From Octopus sinensis (taxonomy: Eukaryota): 64,000 nt of DNA. Positions within the stretch are counted from its first letter, which is position 1. Each line of letters opens with the position of its first letter. Shown in pieces: positions 50,059 through 63,110 of the stretch. Both the position numbers and the translations under genes were made by a program. The stretch covers positions 146,196,001-146,260,000 of the forward strand of contig NC_042998.1 in assembly GCF_006345805.1 (NCBI RefSeq). The letters run 5' to 3'. Below the pieces are notes generated by a model, which was not told the DNA's origin, searched no databases, and saw nothing but the letters and a program-made list of their open reading frames with translations.

Positions 50059-50949
50059 TACAAATTAGATTACATACATACTTATATAGGTGTGGGTACA
50101 TAACCATAATAAAACATATACATATACATATGAGTGCATATACTCATACTCCTATACATATAAATATACATATACATAATGATATAAATAATATAAATTA
50201 ATAAACATACATATGCTCCACATTCAATGTTACAGTTTTTCAACTTAATGTTGTGATAATTACAATGTAGAAAAACATACACATATTAATACCTAAATGC
50301 AGATATAGAGAGTCAAGATTACATTCTATTAGTTCTTATTAATTTCCAAAATGTCATTAATGCTAGCATCATTATCATTGTCGTTACCACTAATGCTACC
50401 AATATCATCATTCATATTATTATTAATAACGCTAATACTAGAGAAACAATACATAAATTCCATTATTAGCAATATAGTCACAATAGTATTACAATACCAT
50501 GCAAAGTGTTAGATATCCGCATATACATACGAAATATGAAGTACCAGCATTCTGTTTATACTACATTAAGATCCACAGGTGCACATATGTAAGTCCGATT
50601 TAAAGTTTATAATTTTCCTTGTGACATAAATACACTATTATTTCAGAAATAATTACAGATCTAGCGCTAAATTATGATTGGCCTGTGGATTTGAATTTAA
50701 ATTACCATTGTCTTTCCTACGGTTGGTTTGTTGATAGCTTTAGGTTTCTACTACACTAGTGTAGGCAAGGGAAAAACTATACCAACATGAGGACGCAAAT
50801 GCATATTTGAATGTGTATATAAGTATATGCGAATGTTTGCAGACATGGTGCATGAGAGTATATATGTATATGTGCGAATGTGCATGTGTATGTGTGTGTG
50901 TGTACAAATGTTGGTATATATATATATGCATACACACACACACATATAT

Positions 50950-51840
50950 ATATATACAAATAGGAAAATGGAGAAACAATTTAGTTGGTTTATCAGCTTT
51001 AGGATATTAGAATGTTGACTTATTTATTTAACAAAACGAGAACCATAATAACATACATATATACATTAAAATTCAATACATATAAGATAAGAATACAATT
51101 ATAAAAACCTTAACACCCGTGGACATATTTACAAAGTAAGAAAACAGCATAGCTCCCATGACTTCAGGAAACATTCTTTCACGCTGAGAGTTGCTGAAGC
51201 ATGGAACAAACTGCCGGCATCGGTTGTTAGTTGTCGGAGCACTGCATCCTTCAAAACTTCCATGCTTCCTGAGATTCGCCAACACTACACTTGATTTTCT
51301 CCCCTCTATACACACACAAGCATGTATCTGACTCATACACTGTTCACTTTCCAGACATTTCTACATTACTGCATGTACTTTATATGCACTTTCTGACAAG
51401 TTGTGGTGCACCTGAGCACTGTATACAATAATTTCATTATTATTATTAATATAAATTATTGGAAGCATTAAAATCACACTTACAGCTGTTTCAGCCTTAA
51501 TGATTCCAATAATTTATATCAAGGTTTTTATAATTGTATTCTTATCTTATATGTATTGAATTTTAATGTATATATGTATGTTATTATGGTTCTTGTTTTG
51601 TTAAATAAATAAGTCAACATTCTATTATCCTAAAGCTGATAAACCAACTAAATTGTTTCTCCATTTTCCTATTTGTATTATAAAGTAATGGTAAAATATT
51701 TCTTTACCTTCTCCCATTTAATACAATAAGTAAGTTAATTGCATTGCAATTAAAAACACTTGTGTATTAATAATTTGGGTATTATACCAACAGTATATTG
51801 GATACGTATTATCCCTTAGTGGGTTGGATCCACAGCCCCT
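50950..51840. mobile_element. Penelope-like fold-back whose left arm is interrupted by a CR1-type 3' end
   Basis: 50950-51110 is the reverse complement of 51525-51678; half hammerhead GAAACAGCTGTAAG (minus) at 51477-51496 near the inversion point. Confidence 0.7.
51110..51447 (+). mobile_element. CR1/L2-type LINE 3' end
   Basis: High identity to 26290-26630; (ATT)n tail. Confidence 0.9.
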
Positions 51841-51849
51841 AACTTACTT

Positions 51850-51989
<140 letters not shown>

Positions 51990-52673
51990 CATATATACAT
52001 ATATAAACATGTATGTATGTATGTGTGTATGTGTAAATATATGTATATGAGCACATACACACTGAATAGGCTTCCACAGAGTTTTTTCTACTAAATTCTA
52101 TTAACAAGACTATCGTAACAGACATTTGTCCAAAGTTCCATGCAGTGGGATTGAATCTGGAGCCATGCGGTTGTGAAGTCAACTTCTCAGCCACACAGCT
52201 ATGTTTGCAGCCATGGCCTTGAGCATAGGTTTGATTGTTTAGGGCAGGTTTGGAGGTCAACCAGCCAACCAACCAACCACAACAACAACAGAAATATGTA
52301 GTGGTAATGATATCCAATTATATTATATTGATATAGTTGGAATATTTACTGTGAAGCATGTGTTTAGTGAACACTGGTTTTGGCATCAATGTTTGGATTG
52401 AAAGTAGTGAGTTTTAACATTAAATTACTGTACTCTTCCAAATTCAAATCCTAATAATTCAGCCTAATAATTCATCCTAATTCAGCCTAATAATTCATCC
52501 TAATAATTCAGCCCAAACAAAATTGTTTCAGGTATTTACTGATCTCTTAGGTAGCCACATAGACCCCACCAAACCCCGCCGGGGGGTCGATATTGACCAC
52601 TATGCCAACCTCTGGCGAAGACTGTGATTTTTTTTCATTCTACTCCTTCCATCAAAACTTCCCATGACAGTAC

Positions 52674-53185
52674 AAATATACGAAGCCCAATATACCCATC
52701 ATGACCACCCGTCTAATAAGGATTCACAAGGCATATGCACGACAACCATTTGTGTGTGACTTGATGATCTCATATCAAGATAAAGAGTGCATGACTTTGC
52801 AGGTGGATTCCTGTTAGAATATTCTTCAGCTTGAGTGGCCCATCCTGCTCAAAAGGTCCCTGAATAAGGTTTGTTTAAGGATGATGAACAAAACACCCAT
52901 GTTTCCAAGGATGAATTATTCAAACCATAAAAAATTCCCTCTCAATATATAGCTATGATGCTCCCTGCTACTTCTACTCATGATCAGAGATGCACACATC
53001 ATCAGCCACCAAGGGACATGCTCAACAAGTTGAAGTCAAGCAACTGGCAAATAAATCTGTGGTATTGAGTAGAATATTTACTGTAGCCTATCTTTTATAC
53101 CAAGACAAAACACGTACATGATAACACTTCCAATCAGCTAAGAACAAAAGCCATGAGGGCCACTGCTTGGTACTGCATCATGGCA
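52674..53185 (-). mobile_element. ~560-bp (TAA)n-associated element, copy 1 (diverged)
   Basis: Homologous to 57674-58230. Confidence 0.85.
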
Positions 53186-53217
53186 TTTATTATTATTATT
53201 ATTACTATTATTATTAT

Positions 53218-53675
53218 TGAGTGAGAGAGCAGTGCATGCCATCAAAGTGACACTGGGGTAAAATATACGAAGCCCAGTATACCCATCATGACTACCCGTC
53301 TGATAAGGGCACACTAGGCACATGCATCACAACCATATGTGCGCGACATGGTGATCTCATATCAAGATAAACAGCACATGACCTTGCAGGTGGGGCCCAG
53401 TTAGAATTTTCTTCAGGTTGAGTAGCCCATCCTGCTCAAAAGGTCCCTGAATAAGGGTTGTTTAAGGATGTTGAACGAAACACCCATGTTTCCAGAGGTG
53501 AAATATCCAAACCCCAAAGAATTCCTCTCAACACATGGCTATGATGCTCCCCCACTACTTCTGCTCGTGATCAGAGATGCACATATCGTCAGCCACTAAG
53601 GGACATGCTCAACTGGTTAAGGTCAAACAACTGACGAGCAAATCTGTGGTATTGAGCAGAATATTTGCTGTAGCC

Positions 53676-53677
<2 letters not shown>
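53218..53677 (-). mobile_element. ~560-bp element, copy 2 (5'-truncated)
   Basis: Homology to the full-length copy; (TTA)n on both sides. Confidence 0.9.
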
Positions 53678-53705
<28 letters not shown>

Positions 53706-53708
<3 letters not shown>

Positions 53709-54180
53709 AGGCAGAGAGCTGGCAGAATCATTAGCACGCCAGGTGAAATGCTTATTGGTATTTCATCTGTCTTTACATTCTGAGTTCAAATTCTGCCAAG
53801 GTCAACTTTGCCTTTCATCCTTTTGTGGTCAATAAATTAAGTACCAGTTGCAAACTGGAGTCGATCTAATCAACTGGTCCCTCCCTCAAAATTTCACCCT
53901 TGTGCCTGTGGTAGAAAGGATTATCATTGTTGCTGTTGTTGTTGTTATTATTATTATTATTATTATTAAAGGTGATGAGCTGGCAGAATCGTTAGCATGC
54001 CATGCGAAATGCTTAGCAGCATTTCGTTCACCTTGATATTCTGAGTTCAAATTCTGCCAAGGTTGACTTTGCTTTTTGTCCTTTTGGGGTTGATGAAATA
54101 AGTACCAGTTATGCACTTGGGTCGATGTAATCAACTGCCCCCTCCCCCACAATTTCAGGCATTGTACTATAGTAGAAAGG
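53706..54180 (+). mobile_element. Two tandem tRNA-headed SINEs with Meta-like core and (ATT)n tails
   Basis: 53706-53915 and 53970-54180: GAGCTGGCAGAATC...TTCTGAGTTCAAATTCTGCC...GTAGAAAGGATTAT; a third partial copy at 55140-55292. Confidence 0.85.
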
Positions 54181-55769
54181 ATTATTATTATTATTGTTTG
54201 ACATTTGATAGTTTCAGGCAGATTACTACTGCATCACCTGCTACACCTGTGTTGCTGAGGTGTGTGCAGCATTGTGTGTTCTTTTTTATTATTATTTTAT
54301 TTATTGTTGTTTTTGTTATTATTACTACTATTAACCTGCACGTGTAAGTGACAGTATGGTATTGTAATCACTCATCTACATTTGTTTGTCTGTGTGTTTG
54401 CAAAATTACTGGAAAACGGCATAACAGATTTTCACCAAATTTGGTAGAAATACTCAGTGGGTGAGTGGCTCAAAATGATGAAAATTTGGTTTGATTATCT
54501 TCAAACATACATAAATGTGCGACTGTGTGCGTGTGTGTGTGTGTACAGTGATGCATTTGAAGGTTTCATTTATTTATGAGTTGGTTTCTTAATTTCACCA
54601 GAGTATAAATACTTACCATGGTGATACTTGAAAAAAAATTTGTTTGATTTTAAAAAAATCGTACTTACAAATTTCTGATAAGCAAGTGGTCATATTATTT
54701 ATATCCTACAATGAACTACAGTACATTTGATTCACCTGCCATCATTGAAAGACATTGCTATGCAATATTTTCTATAAGTATTTCATTTTGTCACTTTCTT
54801 TTTCATATGCATTTACCATCATCTGCATGTGTACCTCATGGTGTACCTATGCTCATAGACAAATGTAGGTACATACATACATACATAAATGCATACATAG
54901 ATATGTGACTGTGCATGTGTGTGTGTGAATGTGCATGTATGTGTGTGCGTACAGTGATGAATTCAAGGGTTTCATTTATTCACAAGTTGTTTCTTAATTT
55001 CACTGTTCTTAGGCTTCTAATCCTCTTTTAGTCAAACACTTACCAAGCTTAATTCAGTTCAATTAACAGTAAAGGTAAGCAAAGTATTGTAAGCCATACT
55101 ATAATTTGTGAAAAAATTTATCTGTGTGCAGGGTATGCATCGCTATGTTCTGAGTTCAAATTCCACTGAGGTCGATTTTGCTTTTCATCATTTCAGGGAT
55201 GATAAAATAAGTACCAGTAAAACCCTGGGTCGATGTAATTGACTAGTCCTCTCCCCAACAATTTCAGACCTTGTGTCTATAGTAGAAAGGATTATTATTA
55301 TCATTATTTGACATTTGATAGTTTCAGGGAGATTTCTACTGCATCACCTGTTACATCTCTGCATTGCTGGTATGTGTGCAGCATTGTGTATTCTACTTTG
55401 TTATTGGGAGAATGCAAACTCTCCTGGTATTGTATTGCAATCATTTGTTTTCTTATGGTGGTTGGTTGCAATCTATGTGTTGTATTAGTGTTTTCATTGT
55501 GTGTTGTATGTGTAACATGAGTTGTTTTCCTGTTGGATACCTGGCCAGTAGAGTGCATGTTGTAGGGGTTGTTGACTTTATTGGTATTGAGTGTCTCTTG
55601 TGTTTGTGGATTGTTTTATTTCGGTTTTATTGAACTGATATTGCATTGTGTAGAATGTGGGCTATTTCTAGCAGGGCTATTTTTTAGATAGTGTGTAGTG
55701 TTGAGAGCCCAGCTATAGCTTCTATATTTTTGTTCATGTGTTTTTTATCATACCCAAATGCTCCAATTA

Positions 55770-55820
<51 letters not shown>

Positions 55821-55841
55821 TATTATTATTATTATTATTAT

Positions 55842-56345
55842 TGAGTGAGAGAGCAGTTCATGCCATTAAAGTGACACTGGGGTAAAATATACGAAGCCCA
55901 ATATACCCATCATGACTACCCGTCTGATAAGGGTACACCAGGCACATGCATCACAACCATATGTGCGCGGCACGGTGATCTCATATCAAGATAAACAGCA
56001 CATGACCTTGCAGGTGGGGCCCAGTTAGAATTTTCTTCAGGTTGAGTAGCCCATCCCACTCAAAAGGTCCCTGAATAAGGGTTGTTTAAGGATGTTGAAA
56101 GAACCACCCATGTTTCCAGAGGTGAATTATTCAAACCCCAAAGAATCCCTCTCAACACATGGCTATGATGCTCCCCCACTACTTCTGCTCGTGATCAGAG
56201 ATGCACATATCGTCAGCCACTAAGGGACATGCTCAACTGGTTAAAGTCAAACAACTGACAAGCAAATCTGTGGTATTGAGTAGAATATTTGCTGTAGCCC
56301 ATCTTTTATACCAAGACAAAACAATGTACATGATAACACTTCCAA
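55842..56345 (-). mobile_element. ~560-bp element, copy 3 (5'-truncated, young)
   Basis: Near-identical to copy 6; (TTA)n flanks. Confidence 0.9.
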
Positions 56346-56369
56346 TTATTATTATTATTATTATTATTA

Positions 56370-56404
<35 letters not shown>

Positions 56405-56405
<1 letters not shown>

Positions 56406-56922
56406 GAGAGCAACACATGCCATCAAAGTGACACTGGGGTAAAATATACGAAGCCCAATATACCCATCATGACTACCCATCTGATAAGGGTACACCAGGC
56501 ACATGCATCACAACCATATGTGCGTGACATTGTGATTTCATATCAAGATAGACAGCACATGACCTTGCAAGTGGGACCTAATTAGAATCTTCTTCAGCTT
56601 GAGTAGCTATCCCACCCAAAAGGTTCCTGAATAATGGTTGTTTAAGGATGATAAATGAAACACCCAAAGAATTCCTCTCAGCACATAGCTATGATGCTCC
56701 CCCACCACTCCTACTAGTGAATAGAGATGCACATATTGTTAACCACTTAGAGACATGCTCAACTGGTTAAGGTCAAGCAACTGACAAGTAAATCTGTGGT
56801 AGTGAACAGAATATTTGCTGTAGACCATCTTATACACCAAGACAAAACATGTACATGATAACACTTTCAATCAATTAAGATAAGAAGCCATAAGAGCCAC
56901 TGCCTGGTATTGCATCAGAGCA
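56405..56922 (-). mobile_element. ~560-bp element, copy 4 (diverged)
   Basis: Homology; small internal deletion; (TTA)n flanks. Confidence 0.88.
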
Positions 56923-56939
56923 TCTATTATTATTATTAT

Positions 56940-57468
56940 TGACTGAGAGAGTAGCACATACCATCAAAGTCAAACAGGGGTAAAATATATACGAAGCCCA
57001 GTATACCCATCAAGCTACCCATCTGATAAGGGTACACCAGGCACATGCATCACAACTGTATGTGTGTGACATGGTGATCTAATATCAAGATAAACAGTGC
57101 ATGACTTGGCAGGTGGGGTGCAGTTAGAATTTTCTTCAGGTCAAGCAGCTCATTATGCTTGAAAGGTTCCTGAATAAAGTTTGTTTAAGGATGATGAACA
57201 AAATTCCCATGTTTCCAAAGGTGAGTAATTCAAATCCCAAAGAACTCCTCTCGGCACATGGCTCCCCCATTACTTTGGCTCATGATCAGAGATCCACATA
57301 TCGTCAGCCACTAAGGGACATGCTCAACTGGTTAAGGTCAGGCAATTGACAAATCTGTGGTACTGAGCAGAATATTTGCTGTAGCCCATCTTTTGCACCA
57401 AGACAATGTACATAACATTTTCAATCAGTTAAGTCATGAGAGCCAGTGTTTGGTATTGCATTAAGGCA
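56940..57468 (-). mobile_element. ~560-bp element, copy 5 (diverged)
   Basis: Homology; (TTA)n flanks. Confidence 0.88.
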
Positions 57469-57484
57469 TTTATTATTATTACTA

Positions 57485-57660
57485 TTTTGGTTTGACTCAG
57501 GCTTAGTCTTATTCCTGGTAGGATTTATGTAGGTAGTGGGTTACTACCTGTAACATTAGGTATCCACAAGTTTGCAGCTGTCTTTCAAGTGCGTAAAACC
57601 CTCATGTAATCCTTGCTGTCCCTAAGGGACAAACTTTCAGTAGAAGCTCTACTGGGCATT
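57485..57660 (-). mobile_element. R4/Dong-like LINE extreme 3' end, third subfamily
   Basis: Minus-strand frame LLKVCPLGTARIT matches the QKxxLLGTARIL terminal motif; (TAA)n flanks. Confidence 0.6.
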
Positions 57661-57673
57661 ATTATTATTATTA

Positions 57674-58286
57674 TTGAGTGAGAGAGCAGTTCATGCCATC
57701 AAAGTGACACTGGGGTAAAATATACGAAGCCCAAAATACCCATCATGACTACCCGTCTGATAAGGGTACACCAGGCACATGCATCACAACCATATGTGCG
57801 TGACATGGTGATCTCATATCAAGATACACAGCACATGACCTTGCAGGTGGGGCCCAGTTAGAAATTTCTTCAGGTTGAGTAGCCCACCCGCTCAAAAGGT
57901 CCCTGAATAAGGGTTGTTTAAGGATGTTGAAAGAACCACCCATGTTTCCAGAGGTGAATTATTCAAACCCCAAAGAATCCCTCTCAACACATGGCTATGA
58001 TGCTCCCCCACTACTTCTGCTCGTGATCAGAGATGCACATATCGTCAGCCACTAAGGGACATGCTCAACTGGTTAAGGTTAAACAACAGACAAGCAAATC
58101 TGTGGTATTGAGCAGAATATTTGCTGTAGCCCATCTTTTATACCAAGACAAAACAATGTACATGATAACACTTCCAATCAGTTAAGATCAGAAGCCATGA
58201 GAGCCACTGCCTGGTACTGCATCAGGGCAATGGTACTGCATCAGGGCAATTTACTGCATCAGGGCAATGGTACTGCATCGGGGCAA
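57674..58286 (-). mobile_element. ~560-bp element, copy 6 (full length) with reiterated 5' end
   Basis: Sense strand starts GCCCTGATGCAGTACCAGGCAGTGG and ends CTCTCTCACTC(AAT)n; the 5'-most ~19 nt are repeated four times (58212-58286). Confidence 0.92.
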
Positions 58287-58338
58287 TTTATTATCATCAT
58301 CATCATCATCATCATCATTATTATTATTATTATTATTA

Positions 58339-58387
<49 letters not shown>

Positions 58388-58829
58388 TACAAACCTTATG
58401 CAGATGATAAAAGATAGATTCAACAACAGAAATACTCCTCCCTGAACCATTTTAATTACAGCAAGAACAGTAAAATTTTAGATTCCATTCAATATTATCC
58501 ACTTACATACAAAAATACAAAATGCACAATGTCATCTTCAGAAACAATACAAAATGCTGGACAATACACTACTTGTCAGGTCACCAACATCTCTAGAATT
58601 TTCTGAATGGCATATCACAGGAAACCATCCTTTCTCCTACTTACATGATTTTCTTCATATTTTTTAAAAACATATTCACAATCTTGTAAACAGACAACAT
58701 CACAATCACATATTCCCACCTATCTCAAAGAGTTGCACAAAAACCTGGTTAAAAAAACAACAAAAAACAACAGACTTAAAGTATCACCTAATATGGCCAG
58801 CCATTACACTCAGCAACATAAGCATACAA

Positions 58830-58877
<48 letters not shown>

Positions 58878-60149
58878 ACACACACACACAACACTTCTAC
58901 AACATAAAGAGATGCTGACGAAATCACAACAATTTATGAACATATTTAGAGCAATCATAGGCACCACATTTTGTGAACAAAAAGAAACTAAGTCATCTTT
59001 GTTGTAACCATCGTCACCATTTAATGGCCATTTTCCATACTGGTATACGTTGGACATTGTGACAGGATCTGATGAGCCAGAGGACTGTATTGAGCTCCAG
59101 TATCTGTTTTGGCATGGTTTCTATGGCTAGATCCCCTTCTTAATGCCAATAATAAATCAGAGACAATATGGACTAAGATAGTCCTACCTGAGCCCTTGAC
59201 TTCTCCACAACAAAGCACAATAAATAACCAACTGCACAATACAGTGTATTATACATCATCACACAGAGCTTATACACAAACCATCCACACCATAACAAAG
59301 ACACTTACAATAAAGGACCACTGGGACATGCAAGACACACTGTTTGTTACATTAATAAACAACTGTTGCCCTAAGACTAAGTCCACTTTGACACCTCATG
59401 CAGAAGCCACCACAAGAATCTGCTGGTACACAGTGCAGGGTGTGTAACTTGCCCAGACTGTCATTGCATTCTAAACAGTTCCTCATTGCATATTGGAGAG
59501 TGCAGTTAAGCAGAGATATAAAGGGAAAATAGGAAAAAAATCTGTGGGTCACATCTAATTGTATGGTTGATTAGCTGTGTACCATAGTCCTGCTCAGTCA
59601 TTTATAACCTGGGGTTTAATAACTGTAACAACTACAGAAATCTGGTGGAAAAAAATCTATTACTGCTCCATGAAATCATAAATTGCAGTTTAGCATTATA
59701 AAAATATATTTATTCTATTATATTCAACAAAAAGATTAAAGTAACTAAACTACCTATTCTATTATATTCAACAAAAAGATTAAAGTAACTAAAGTACATC
59801 ACAAAAAGGCGAATTTACTGCAATTTTCATCAGTAGTTACATGCTACTGACAAAGCTCAACAAGACAGAAGTGTCCATCTAGCAATCTCACTGCCACTGT
59901 TGAATGATTTTCATCTGCTACTGGTATAGTTTTGTATTTTTAAACACAATGTATCCATAAAGTGTGCACTGTGGGAGATTATCTTTGGAAGAAGAGTACT
60001 GCAGTAAATTTGACTTTTTGTGCCATGTCTGCATAAACTATGATACACAGATAGATATCAATTCTAGTCTCACCTTGAATGTTTCCCCTGTCTGACTACA
60101 GAACAATCAATGGTGAACATTTTCATGTATTCATTTATCATCATCAAAA

Positions 60150-61142
60150 ACACCAACCGAAGACCCGGCAAGACTAGTCAGGCCATAACCCGTGGCCCCT
60201 ACTTGGGACGTAGTCAGTCCACCTGTGCATACCTTCCTTCCTTCTTGTGACACTTGTGAAGACCTGTGAAGACCTGTTGAGGCAAGTGAAAATCAAATCA
60301 AATCAAAATAGATGAACATCAATGGAATTTGTATCTTTGTGGTACCAGTGCCGGTGGCACACAAGAAAACCATCCGAACGTGGCCGTAGCCAGTACCGCA
60401 TCGACTGGCCTCCGTGCTGTGGGCACGTAACAAACACCATCCGATCGTGGCCGTTCGCCAGCCTCATCTGGCACCTGTGTCGGTGGCACATAAAAACACC
60501 ATCCGAAGACCCGGCAAGACTAGTCAGGCCATAACCCGTGGCCCCTACCTGGGACGTAGTCAGTCCACCTGTGCATACCTTCCTTCTTGTGACACTTGTG
60601 AAGACCTGTTGAGGCAAGTGAAAATCAAATCAAAAATCAAATCAAAACAAATCAAAATAGATGAACATCAATGGAATTTGTATCTTTGTGGTACCAGTGC
60701 CGGTGGCACACAAGAAAATCATCCGAACGTGGCCGTAGCCAGTACCGCATAGACTGGCCTCCGTGCTTTGGGGACGTAACAAACACCATCCGATCGTGGC
60801 CGTCCGCCAGCCTCATCTGGCACCTGTGTTGGTGGCACATAAAAACACCATCCGAGCGTGGCCGTCTGCCAGCCTCGTCTGGCACCTGTGTCGGTGGCAC
60901 ATAAAAACACCATCCGAGCGTGGCCGTTCGCCAGCCTCGTCTGGCACCTGTGTCGGTGGCACATAAAATCACCCACTACACTCTCGGAGTGGTTGGCGTT
61001 AGGAAGGGCATCCAGCTGTAGAAACACTGCCAGATCTGACTGGCCTGGTGCAGCCTTCGGGCTCCCCAGACCCCAGTTGAACCGTCCAACCCATGCTAGC
61101 ATGGAAAACGGACGCTAAATGATGATGATGATGATGATGATC
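60150..61142 (+). mobile_element. Young RTE-3'UTR-type element with internal tandem repeats
   Basis: ~350-bp unit duplicated (about 60150-60500 and 60500-60850), ~62-bp subrepeats, CpGs retained, (GAT)n tail. Confidence 0.88.
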
Positions 61143-61395
61143 AGGTAACGTCTACTTTTCTATACTTGCATGGAAAACACTGAGTTTAGTGAGGCAGATT
61201 TTCTGTGGTTGAATGCTTTTCTTGTTGCCAACCCTCATCTGTTTCCAAGTAAGATTATATTTACCACTAGCAAAACATGTCACAGAATATTTGAAATGAA
61301 TAACATTCATTTTCAACAATCATATGATATCGAGACAAGGACACAAACATACACACACTCACACACATATTTCTGCTTATATATATAAATATATA

Positions 61396-61439
<44 letters not shown>

Positions 61440-61481
61440 GACAGAAACAGTGGATTATATACATTTATTTATTTATTATAA

Positions 61482-61597
61482 GCTTATAGTTGTTTCAGAT
61501 ATGCATTTGGGTGTGTTCAAACTTCAAATTTATCAATCGATTGACTGATCAATTGAAAATATATGGAGAATGACCTTCGTAATATCTTCTTCAGAGC
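61482..61597 (-). ncRNA. Degenerate hammerhead-like motif with extended stem II
   Basis: Minus strand: GCT CTGAAGA A GATAT...ATATC T GAA ACAACTAT A AGC (stem III decayed from ACAGCTGT). Confidence 0.55.
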
Positions 61598-62675
61598 AGA
61601 AACAGATCAACTGCCAAAGAATAAGAAGCTAAGAAAAAAAAGTGGCTGTAATTTGGTCAGTGTGCCATTTATATGAAATTAGGTTACTTGTTTCTAGCCA
61701 TCAACCTTGAACTATTGCTCTGTCTTACTATGGATGAATAGTATTGACATCCAGTAAAGAAATTTGATAGCTCACCTCTTGTGACAGACATTTGGAATTT
61801 GCTACTATATTTTTGGAAGCTGTGTTAGGTCAATGGCAGGCTTTTGGTGTTTACTGCTATATTTATGGAAGTTATGTGAAAGGGAAAGTTAACTATGATG
61901 TTGTTAGTTATTTTAAGCCCAAAGTATCAACATCTATCTTCTTAGTTACTAGGAATTCATATATAAGTGCAAAACAGTCAACAGAAATAAGTAATCAGCT
62001 GTTTATCAATAAATAAACTATAACAGGTAAATAAACAGTGAGACTAGGTCTACATGTATCCTAAGTTATAAGACTATGTATCACTGGTACAGCTGCAATA
62101 GGAAGGCTAAGATATGATTCATAACTAGGGTGCTAGAGTAAATTGTGCAAGTGCCAAGTGAAGAAGATAAACCCTAAACAAAATCAAACAAAGACAAAAC
62201 AAAACAAAAGCAACAAAAAATAAAATTAAAAATGAAAATAATATGGGGAAAAGTAAAGGAATGGATATATGAAAACAAAGCATAAAAAATATAAAGGATA
62301 TCTTCTTATCATCAAATGAACAGAGAGAAGGGACATGGAAAAGGAACCTTCTATAATTCAAACAATTAAGAAAATTGACAATTACCATTTAATTTAAATA
62401 TATGTTATTTCTAAACTACTGGACTAGGAAGGTATGCAGGTGTTATCATGTCTATTTGTACATAATTAATTATCAAGGGAATGATCTAAAGGTTTTGCTG
62501 TAAAAATGTATCCATCTTATTCAGGATGTTATACTCTGATGTGAGTGTTAACAATGACTCTTCCAGACAAAGTACAGATCTAGTATTCCCTGTCATAAGG
62601 AGAAGCAGTGCTTAATATTGATCACTTAATATTATACTTTGTTTTGTTATCTTTAAGCTCTCAAATTAGCTTGCT

Positions 62676-63110
62676 TAACCCTATCACACTGTCTTCCTGG
62701 TATAGCACCACTATTCCGGAAACATGTAATAGCCTAAACATAATCTCTACTGGATCCCTGTTAAAGCATTAATGAGCAACATACTTAGAAAAAGATAAAA
62801 TACTAAAAATAGATGACCAATCACGTTGCTTTGCAGTTAAGTGTGTTTATGACTTGTTGTTAATGGCTTCCCTCATAGCTATTGTTTACTTTCATTTTTA
62901 TTTGAAAAAATTGATTTTTGTGATGAAACAAGCATATGATGAACCCAGCACTTCATCTGGTTAATGTGCAAGGCCTAGACCCTTCACAGTTGAGGAAATT
63001 ATTGATGTTTTTATTCTTCAGATGAAGAGTTTATCATTACACAGGCAATGAGAGGGATTTGGACAATCAAATAGGTGAAAGTGATGAAGAATGTGATGAT
63101 TCAGCTGAAC
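62676..63110 (+). mobile_element. Possible piggyBac-like relic (left end and acidic N-terminus)
   Basis: TTAACCCT start and an acidic stretch (RPFTVEEIIDV...GESDEECDDS); no catalytic domain seen. Confidence 0.3.

Noticed and set aside
52555-52630. HDV-like ribozyme (GC hairpins followed by GGCGAAG)
   Set aside because: Could not build P1, P3 and P1.1 consistently.
52674-58286. CRISPR-like or satellite reading of the regularly spaced array
   Set aside because: Units are ~560 bp separated by microsatellites, with 5' truncations; eukaryotic context and no cas genes.
59711-59793. ~40-bp direct duplication
   Set aside because: Simple local slippage with no associated structure.
60780-60965. 62-bp repeats as a CRISPR array
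   Set aside because: Contiguous tandem repeats without unique spacers, inside a retroelement UTR.
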